Source of the DNA: Sphingopyxis sp.
Lineage (GTDB): Bacteria; Pseudomonadota; Alphaproteobacteria; Sphingomonadales; Sphingomonadaceae
Direction of reading: 5' to 3'
DNA: 64,000 bases
Assembly: GCF_016463645.1 (NCBI RefSeq)
Contig: NZ_JAEMQX010000010.1
Span: forward strand, 1,165 to 65,164
Part shown: positions 37,410-49,352 of the stretch, one piece after another
Layout: each line of letters opens with the position of its first letter
Numbering within the stretch: position 1 is the stretch's first letter
Made by a program: the position numbers and the translations under genes
Notes under the pieces: model-generated
The model's database searches: none
The model's input: only the letters and a program-made list of their open reading frames with translations
What the model was told of the DNA's origin: nothing

Positions 37410-37764
37410 TGAAACCGGCCCCTAGCATCGAAACGGCGCGGTGAAAAGTAGAAGATTTTCAATCAACTTCGGCGGCACTCTTCGAACCCCCGAACCGGCT
37501 CCGTAATTTTATCTCATGGAGGTAAGAGAGCAGTGCACCTTGCCCCTCTATAGTTGCAGATGCGCCTCAAGAAACAGGATATCGGCCGAACAATCACGCG
37601 TTAAGCACAATAATTCTACAATTGTCTTTCACTCTTATTTCTATCGCTTCGCTATTGGCTCCCGCCTCCTTTGTTCGGGACGACATTCGAGCGATATGCT
37701 TCCCGTGAGACGAGGGGGTAAATCGGACGCAGAGCGGCACAGCGTCCTGCCGGAACATCAGGGC

Positions 37765-37795
37765 TTGACCCTGTATCTACTACAGGGTGCAAGAG
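37765..37795 (+). promoter_or_regulatory. MerR-type promoter/operator upstream of DUF3703 and czc system 2
   Basis: TTGACC-19 nt-CAAGAG with dyad ACCCTGTA-N5-TACAGGGT (37768-37788). Confidence 0.75.
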
Positions 37796-37825
37796 CCTGC
37801 CCTGCACAAAAAAGGGGGAAAGAGG

Positions 37826-38230
37826 ATGGTGCCGCCGACAGTAAATCCCGTGAGCATGGCCGTCATCGAGCCGCTGCTGCGCGAGCAATATCGCCTGTTT
37901 TGCGAATCACGCCGAATCGGAGATGAAGCCGCTGCGTGGCAGGCGCTGGAATGGGAACATATATTGAGCCAGCCCTATATGGGCGCGCATCTCGCCTCCC
38001 ACTGGCACATGTTTCGCTATGCGATCGAGCTCGGCGATGCCCGTGAAGCTACCGGTCAGGCAATGCGGTTCCTGCTCGTCCCGCTCGGTTCGCTGACCGG
38101 CCGCCTCCCCGCAGGGAATAATGGTCGCGCGCGGGTGAGCGCCTTCGAGCCGATGCCGATGCCGCAGGCCCTCGAAGCGCTGATCGAAACGGCCCGGTCG
38201 ACGGAGAGCCGCGCTGCGCGAACCGATTGA
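37826..38230 (+). CDS. DUF3703-like protein
   Basis: AWQALEWEHILSQPY...HLASHWHM...GRLPAGNNGRARVSAF.PMP pattern; GAGG RBS. Confidence 0.8.
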   Translation: MVPPTVNPVSMAVIEPLLREQYRLFCESRRIGDEAAAWQALEWEHILSQPYMGAHLASHWHMFRYAIELGDAREATGQAMRFLLVPLGSLTGRLPAGNNGRARVSAFEPMPMPQALEALIETARSTESRAARTD

Positions 38231-38279
38231 TCCGGTTTTGGACTTCCGGAACGGGTCATTCGCTGTTAGGGGCGCGACC

Positions 38280-38618
38280 ATGTCCGGCGCTACCCTTCGC
38301 CTGTTGCTTGTGTTCATCCTGCTGCTCAGCGGGCTCCACAATGCTGCGCCGGCGATGGCGGGCATGACGCACCATGCGACGGATTCGCATCTTTCGCACC
38401 ATGTCGAGCCGGGCCATGCGTCGGACAAGGACACGCAAAAAGGTCAGCAGGACGCCGACCTCCACGGCAGTCACCATAATTGCCCGGTCGCATCCGATCA
38501 GGCCCTTTCGGGTCATGACGATCTGTCCTGTTTTTCCGGCGGCCTGCACTTTGCGTTGCCCGCGACGCGCCTCGCTTCGCGCGCGCTCGCACCGCCCCTG
38601 AACCCTCCCCTCGCCTGA
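38280..38618 (+). CDS. Small secreted His-rich leader protein ending LNPPLA (DUF2946/CzcI-like)
   Basis: Signal peptide; MTHH, HLSHH, HGSHHNCP; immediately upstream of czcC2. Confidence 0.7.
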   Translation: MSGATLRLLLVFILLLSGLHNAAPAMAGMTHHATDSHLSHHVEPGHASDKDTQKGQQDADLHGSHHNCPVASDQALSGHDDLSCFSGGLHFALPATRLASRALAPPLNPPLA

Positions 38619-38683
38619 ACGCCGCCTGCCGCGCGGCCCCTTTTCGGCCTGCGCTCAGTCGAATCGTTCAGGAGTGATCATTC

Positions 38684-39915
38684 ATGCATATCCATATGCG
38701 CGCCGCCCTGTTGGCCGGGGCTGCGCTGCTGGCGGGGTCCGTTTGGGCCCAGCCGCTAACGCTCGACCAGGCGGTCGAGCGGGCCATCGCTGCATCGCCC
38801 GAGCTTAGAGCGGGCGAAGCGGGGGTCGACGCCGCGCGCGCCGACCAGCTGCAAGCCCGCGTCCGTCCCAATCCGACCGTGTCGGTCGACATGGACAATG
38901 GCGTCGGGACGGGCGGCTATGGCCTGTTCCGGCAATCGGAACTCACCGTCACCTATTCGCAGCCGCTCGAACGCGGGGGCAAGCGCGAGGCGCGAATGGC
39001 GCTTGCCGAGCGCGGTGTCGTTCTCGCCGAGGCGCAGTGGCGGCTCGTCCGGCTCGACATCGCCCAGGAAGTGCAGCGCGCCTATATCGACGTCCAGATC
39101 GCCGAGCAGATGGTCTGGATCGCAGAGGATCGCGTCAAACTTGAAAAGGAGATGCGGACCGAAGCGATCAGGCGCGTGCGCGGCTACAAGGATCCGCTCT
39201 TCGTCGAGACGCGCGCCGATGCCCGCATTCTCGAAGCCGAACTGGCCCTGAAGGAAGCCCAGGCGAAGCGGCAGTCCGCACGCGCATTGCTCACCTCCTT
39301 CTGGGGCGGCACGCCTGACAGCCTCGTTATCGCCGAGGGGATCGAGAAACCCGATCCGCGCGATCCGCCGCTCGCCGAAGCCGACGCGGCGGTCTTCGAC
39401 GCCGCCGTCGACCGGGCCCGCGCGCAGGTCGTCGTCGAGCAGAGCCGTGCGCACCAGGACTATACGGTCTCGGGCGGCACGCGCTTTCTTCGCGAGACCA
39501 ATGATGTCGCCGTTCTTGGCGGCATCTCGATCCCGCTCGGACGGTTCGACCGCAACCAGGGCAATATCGCCCGGGCGCAGGCCGAACGGCGGCAGCTCGA
39601 GTTCCAATCCGAAGCGAGCCGGCTCGAGCGGCTGCGGCGCCTCGCGTCGCTGCGCGCCGATGCCGACGCCGCACGCGTCCGGGCCGAGGGCATCATGAAC
39701 GACGTCTATCCCAAGGCGGTGAAGACGCTCGGCCAGGTGCGCGAAGGCTATGCCCGCGGCGGGTTCCTGTTCGCCGACGTACAGGATGCCGCCGACGTCA
39801 TCATCCAGATCCAGGGTCAGTGGGCCGAGGCCATGACACGCTACCGCGATTTGCTCGCGGAGATCGATCGCCTGACCGGCCGCTTCGATGCGGCTCCCCT
39901 TGCGGAGAATATTCC

Positions 39916-39919
<4 letters not shown>
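38684..39919 (+). CDS. czcC: CzcC-type TolC-family outer membrane factor (system 2)
   Basis: RPNPTVS; YSQPLERGGKREAR; SIPLGRFDRNQGNI. Confidence 0.9.
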
Positions 39920-44357
<4,438 letters not shown>

Positions 44358-44415
44358 GACACTCCCGGATGGCCGCCATTCCCCCCTGTCGGCGGCAACC
44401 GAGAGTGCTGACTGG

Positions 44416-44446
44416 GGCGGAACCCAAGCGGGTTCCGCCTCCTTTT
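44416..44446 (+). terminator. Intrinsic terminator after czcA2
   Basis: GGCGGAACCC-AAGC-GGGTTCCGCC followed by TCCTTTT. Confidence 0.75.
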
Positions 44447-44474
44447 AGGGATGGTGAGGATTGAGGAGCTTGCA

Positions 44475-45071
44475 ATGAATGAAAAAGCATCCGGGAGCGA
44501 ACGCGAAAAGCGAACGCTCCAGATCGTTCTCGTCCTGAACTCGGCTATCGCGATCGCCTTCCTCGTAACCGGCGGGCTCGGCGATTCGAGCGCGCTCATC
44601 GCCAATGGGCTCGACAATCTGTCCGACGCCGCGGTCTATGCCTTGAGCCTCGTTGCGCTCAGCCACGGCCTGAAATGGAAAACCCGTGCTGCCACGGCAT
44701 CGGGTGTCATGCTGCTGGTCTTCGCGGCCGGCGTCCTGTTCGATGTAGGACGGCGCTATTTCGAAGGCAGCGAACCGATCGGTCCGACAATGATGATCAT
44801 GTCGGCCGTCGCTGCGGTGGTGAACTATGCTTGTCTGAAGCTCTTGCAGCGCATTCAGGATCCGGACGTCAACCTCAGAGCCGCGACAACCTTCAGCTAC
44901 AACGACTTCATCTCGAACGGCGGCATCCTGATCGCGGGTGTCCTCGTCTGGTGGCTCGGTACGAACTGGCCGGACCTTCTGGTTGGATTTGCGACTGCGC
45001 TGATCGCGATCAAGGGCGGCATCGAAATCCTTCGCGACGCCCGCCAAGAGGCCAAACAGCAGAAAGATTAG
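44475..45071 (+). CDS. Short CDF-family cation transporter (copy 2)
   Basis: SSALIANGLDNLSDA; FSYNDFISN; WPDLLVG; no C-terminal domain. Confidence 0.85.
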   Translation: MNEKASGSEREKRTLQIVLVLNSAIAIAFLVTGGLGDSSALIANGLDNLSDAAVYALSLVALSHGLKWKTRAATASGVMLLVFAAGVLFDVGRRYFEGSEPIGPTMMIMSAVAAVVNYACLKLLQRIQDPDVNLRAATTFSYNDFISNGGILIAGVLVWWLGTNWPDLLVGFATALIAIKGGIEILRDARQEAKQQKD

Positions 45072-45266
45072 AGCATGTGAGGCGTGTCGGATCGGCGGAA
45101 GAATGTTCGGACCTCTGCGAACAACGTCGCCGATCCTGCCCTAGAGGCACCCGACAGCTCGCTCCCATCATATTACGTCCTTATTACGCGAGGCAAAAAT
45201 CGAGCCCACGTAACGACGCGTATTACGCCGCCATTCGGCGTAAGTGTCTGAAATTGTTAGGAAAAC

Positions 45267-45341
45267 TGGAGCGGGCGAAGGGATTCGAACCCTCGACCCC
45301 AACCTTGGCAAGGTTGTGCTCTACCCCTGAGCTACGCCCGC
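45267..45341 (-). tRNA. tRNA-Gly (GCC)
   Basis: Minus strand GCGGGCGTAGCTCAGGGGTAGAGCACAACCTTGCCAAGGTTGGGGTCGAGGGTTCGAATCCCTTCGCCCGCTCCA: cloverleaf, anticodon GCC, TTCGAA T-loop, encoded CCA. Confidence 0.98.
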
Positions 45342-45613
45342 TCTGGCGGCTGGAAACGAGTGGTTCCCAGCGGGTGAGGCGGGCGATTAGCACCGGCTTT
45401 TGGACTCGGCAAGCCCTGATTGCGCATTTTCTGCGAAGGGTTGGCATATCGGCGACAAATCCCACATAAGCGGGACAAGAGTCCTTTCCGTTTATGCGGA
45501 AGCGGCGCCGGTCCGCTCCCCACCAGGGCTTCCCATACGACAGTCGCCTTTGGGAGGCGGGCGGGAGAGCGGACCGGCGCCGGACTCGCAGATAAAACAA
45601 GGAGCATGTTTTC

Positions 45614-46525
45614 GTGGCCACTCTCGGTCTGAACCCTCAGGAAAAGGAAGCCGTCGAAGCCTTCCGCCGCGATGTCGTCGAACCGTCGATGACCAACCTC
45701 GTCATCCTCGATTTCTGGGCCGAATGGTGCGGACCGTGCAAACAGCTTGGCCCCGTGCTCGAAAAGGTCGCCGAGGATTATGCCGACAAGGGCGTTGTGC
45801 TGGTCAAGGTCGATGTTGATGCGAATCGCTTCATCGCCGGCCAGTTTCAGGTCCAGTCGATCCCGACCGTCTACGCGATATTTCAGGGCCAGCCGGTGGC
45901 GAACCTGACGAACGCCCGGACCGAAAGCCAGCTCAAGGCGATTCTCGATCAGCTGCTCGCGCAGCTCCCCATCGAAAGCGAAGCGTCGGCGCGCGCGGTC
46001 GAGATCGCACCGCTCATTGAAATGGGCGAGGGCGTGCTCGCCGAAGGCGACGGCGCGCGCGCCATGAGCATCTTTGCGCAGATCCTCGACATGGCACCCG
46101 ACAATGCCGCCGCACATGCGGGCCTGATTCGCGCGCTGGTCCTCGCGGGCGATATCGAGGGCGCACAAGCGTCGCTCGACACCCTGCCCGCCGATATTGC
46201 CGCGGACCCCGCTATCGCCCAGGCCAAAAGCGCGCTCGCGCTCGCTGCCGATGCCCCCGACGCCAATGAACTCGCGGCCTTTGAAGCCGCTGTTGCCGCG
46301 AATCCCGAGGATCATCAGGCACGCTTCGACCTCGCCGCGGCGCAGATCGGCGCGGGGCAGCGCGATGCCGCCGCCGACAATCTGCTCCACATCGTCGCCG
46401 CCGACCGCGAATGGCAGGACGGGGCGGCGCGCGCGAAGCTGCTCGCGCTGTTCGAAGCCGTCGGGCTTGAGGACGCATGGGTTGCGGCGCAGCGCCGCCG
46501 CCTGTCGCTGATCCTGTTCGGCTAG
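45614..46525 (+). CDS. Thioredoxin-TPR chaperedoxin (CnoX/YbbN-like)
   Basis: DFWAEWCGPCKQL thioredoxin domain plus C-terminal TPR (ARFDLA...RRRLSLILF). Confidence 0.9.
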   Translation: MATLGLNPQEKEAVEAFRRDVVEPSMTNLVILDFWAEWCGPCKQLGPVLEKVAEDYADKGVVLVKVDVDANRFIAGQFQVQSIPTVYAIFQGQPVANLTNARTESQLKAILDQLLAQLPIESEASARAVEIAPLIEMGEGVLAEGDGARAMSIFAQILDMAPDNAAAHAGLIRALVLAGDIEGAQASLDTLPADIAADPAIAQAKSALALAADAPDANELAAFEAAVAANPEDHQARFDLAAAQIGAGQRDAAADNLLHIVAADREWQDGAARAKLLALFEAVGLEDAWVAAQRRRLSLILFG

Positions 46526-46533
46526 GGCGGACC

Positions 46534-47184
46534 ATGGGCGAAACCGCGCCTTTGACCATCCAGCGGATCGCGATCTTTCCGCTTACCGGCGCGGTGCTGT
46601 TTCCCGGGCTGCACCTGCCGCTGCATATCTTCGAACCGCGCTATTCGGCGATGGTACAGGAGGTGCTCGCGCGCGATCGCCAGATCGGGATGATCCAGCC
46701 ACGTCATATTCCCGGCGAAGAGGACCGCGAGCCGCCGGCGCTCTACGACATCGGCTGCGTCGGACGCATCGTCGATGTCGAGGCACTCGACGAGGGGCGT
46801 TTCAATCTCGTCCTCGAAGGCGTCGCACGTTTTCGCGTCCGCCGCGAACTCGACGTCACGACGCCGTTCCGGCAAGTCGAGGCCGAAATCGAGATCGAAG
46901 CCGAGGGTGACGCCGTGCTGGCGAGCATCGAGCGCGCGAGCCTGGAACGCGAAGCCAAGCGCTTTGCGCAGCGCCAGGGCTATGTCGTCGACTGGGATTC
47001 GGTCGGCCAGCTCGACGACGCGACGCTCGTCAACGGCATCGCGCAGGTCGCGCCGTTCGACGCGGCGGCGAAACAGGCGCTGCTCGAAGCCTCGCCGATC
47101 GACGCGCGCGCCGAACTGGTCGTCCAGATGATGCAGTTCTTCGGTCGTTTCGACGGCGACGACGGGCGCGCGACGCTCCAGTAA
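46534..47184 (+). CDS. LON peptidase substrate-binding domain protein
   Basis: IFPLTGAVLFPG..LPLHIFEPRY; DGRFNLVLEG..RF; KQALLEA. Confidence 0.9.
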   Translation: MGETAPLTIQRIAIFPLTGAVLFPGLHLPLHIFEPRYSAMVQEVLARDRQIGMIQPRHIPGEEDREPPALYDIGCVGRIVDVEALDEGRFNLVLEGVARFRVRRELDVTTPFRQVEAEIEIEAEGDAVLASIERASLEREAKRFAQRQGYVVDWDSVGQLDDATLVNGIAQVAPFDAAAKQALLEASPIDARAELVVQMMQFFGRFDGDDGRATLQ

Positions 47185-47190
47185 TCGCGA

Positions 47191-47889
47191 TCAGTGGCGT
47201 TTGCGGACCGGCGCGTGATGGACGATGTCGGCGAGCGCGCGGCGCACGATATGGCGGTCGCTTTCGCGCAGCCGTTCGGCGGTCCCGCTCACCATCAGAT
47301 GATGACGAACGAGCTTTGCCTCGACCGCGATGCGCGCTTCCTGCCGCGCGCCATCGCCGCGCGATGTACCGAGCCTTGTCCGGCGACGATCCGCCCATTC
47401 CTCGACCAGACGGTCCGCAAGAAGCGCGGCGAGATTGTCGGCCGCAGCGCGCTCGGTTTCCTCTTCCGCCGCCGGGTCGACCAGCCATTCGTCGTCGCCC
47501 TCCTCCTGCAAGGCATCGAGCGAGAAGATGGCCGCGACCTCGCGCCGTCCGGCGCAACGCTGGTCGCCGTGAAGCCGGAGCCGCAGCGCCTGCAGTTCGG
47601 CGCGGAATTGCCAGTTCACATAGGTCGTGAAGCGCGCACGTGCCGGATCATAGCGCTCGGCGGCGCGATGAAGCGCGATCGCGCAGACCTGCGCGGCGTC
47701 CTCGGCGACGTCGCTCAGCCCGTAGCTGCGCGTGAAATAGCGGATGCGGGGCGCCGCCAGCGCCGCGAGACGCGCAAAGGCGCGATCGGCGAGCAGCCGT
47801 GCGCGCGCGTCCGGCGCAGCCTCGAGTGCGGTTCGCGCCTGGATATAATCTGTGACCGCCGTTTCGAGCGCATCGCTTTTTGCCGACAT
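47191..47889 (-). CDS. Sigma-70 region-2-like hypothetical protein
   Basis: AEDAAQ...ALHRAAERYDPARARFTTYVNWQFRAEL resembles sigma region 2; region 4 not recognisable. Confidence 0.6.
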   Translation of the reverse strand: MSAKSDALETAVTDYIQARTALEAAPDARARLLADRAFARLAALAAPRIRYFTRSYGLSDVAEDAAQVCAIALHRAAERYDPARARFTTYVNWQFRAELQALRLRLHGDQRCAGRREVAAIFSLDALQEEGDDEWLVDPAAEEETERAAADNLAALLADRLVEEWADRRRTRLGTSRGDGARQEARIAVEAKLVRHHLMVSGTAERLRESDRHIVRRALADIVHHAPVRKRH

Positions 47890-47985
47890 GGTCCTGCCCC
47901 AATCCTGCCGCGGCATGGTTGCCGCGCTCGCAGGGATAGGACATCATGATTAGCGACGGGCTGCCGGCCATTTAGGTGATAACAC

Positions 47986-49227
47986 CTAGATTTCCGCTCC
48001 CGCGAGCAGGCGCGGCAGGTCGCCCGCCTCGCCGCGCGCCTCGTCCATGAAGAAACGCTTGAGCATCGGCATGCGCTGCACCGCGCCGAGCCCGGTACGT
48101 CGCACCGCGGCGGCAGTGCGCCCGGGAATGCCGAACAACCGCGTCAGCCCGTCGGTTGCAAGGCTGACCATCATATTGTCGAGCCCGCGCCAGCGCTGAT
48201 AGCGGGCGAGGAGCGCGGCGTCGCCAAGGTCGAGCCCGAGCCGCGCTCCCTCGACGAGCACTTCGGTCAGCGCCGCGACGTCGCGGAGGCCGAGGTTGAG
48301 TCCCTGCCCCGCGATCGGATGGATGCCGTGCGCAGCATCGCCGACAAGCGCGATACGGTCGGCAACGATCGACGCGCTGTGATGGAAACCGAGCGGATAG
48401 GTCATGCGCGGTGCGACCAGTTCCATGGCGCCGAGTACGCCGCCCGCGCGTTTCTGCAATTCGGCGATGAAGCCACGCTCGCCAAGCTTGGCAAAACCGG
48501 GACCGTCCTTTTCCGAAACGGTCCATACGAAGGCCGAACGGTGGCGCCCCCGATCGTCGTCGACGAGCGGCAGCAGCGCGAAAGGCCCCGACGGATAGAA
48601 GATTTCGTGTGCGACATTGCCATGCGGCTTTTCGTGCGCGACCGCGCCGATCATCGCATGATGGTGATACGACCAGTTGGCGATGCTGAACCCTGCGGCG
48701 TCGCGCGTCGGCGAACGTCGCCCCTCGGCGACGATCAGGAGCGGCGCTGCAAGCCGCGTACCGTCGGCGAGCGCCAGCGTGACGCCATGGCGGTCGATCT
48801 CGCGCGACAAGACCGTGGCGGGCATCGAAAGCCGCGCCAGCGGCGCGTCGGCAAGCGCCGCTGCGAGCGCAAGGCGCAGCTGGCGATTCTCGACCATCGT
48901 ACCGAGCGGCGGATCGCCGTCGGCAGTGACGAAGTCGAGTTCGCCGCCGCGGCCGCTGTCGGGCGCGCCGTCGCCCACCCTGATGGCGCGGATAGGGCAG
49001 CCGTGACCCGCAAGACGCTCGGCGATTCCCAGCACCTCGAACATCTGCCAGGTCGCGCTGGCGATCGCCGAGGCGCGGCCATCGAAGCCCGGGGCGATCG
49101 TCGCCACCGGATCGGCCGGATCGACGATCCGGACCGACAGGCCATGGCGGGCAAGGGCAAGGGCGAGCGCCTGGCCGACCAGACCACCACCCGAAATCAG
49201 GACATCGCTGCGCAGCGTTTCGCTCAT
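47986..49227 (-). CDS. UbiH/UbiF/VisC/COQ6-family FAD-dependent ubiquinone hydroxylase
   Basis: GGGLVG FAD motif; AEGRRS; ALVGDAAHGIHPIAGQGLNLGLRD. Confidence 0.92.
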   Translation of the reverse strand: MSETLRSDVLISGGGLVGQALALALARHGLSVRIVDPADPVATIAPGFDGRASAIASATWQMFEVLGIAERLAGHGCPIRAIRVGDGAPDSGRGGELDFVTADGDPPLGTMVENRQLRLALAAALADAPLARLSMPATVLSREIDRHGVTLALADGTRLAAPLLIVAEGRRSPTRDAAGFSIANWSYHHHAMIGAVAHEKPHGNVAHEIFYPSGPFALLPLVDDDRGRHRSAFVWTVSEKDGPGFAKLGERGFIAELQKRAGGVLGAMELVAPRMTYPLGFHHSASIVADRIALVGDAAHGIHPIAGQGLNLGLRDVAALTEVLVEGARLGLDLGDAALLARYQRWRGLDNMMVSLATDGLTRLFGIPGRTAAAVRRTGLGAVQRMPMLKRFFMDEARGEAGDLPRLLAGAEI

Positions 49228-49352
49228 CGCTTCGCCCTAGCGTGCGACAGGACGGTTGGAAAGGCTGTGGGCGAGCGCGGGGCCGCGCTTGACGGCGAGT
49301 CCGGCGCATGCGCATATCGCCGGGGTTAACTGACAGGGACCGGAAAAAGAGC

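Noticed and set aside
37538-37570. Partial dyad CCCTCTATAGTTGCAGATG in the czc control region
   Set aside because: Imperfect symmetry and no acceptable -35/-10 with 19-bp spacing on either strand; cannot be called a MerR operator
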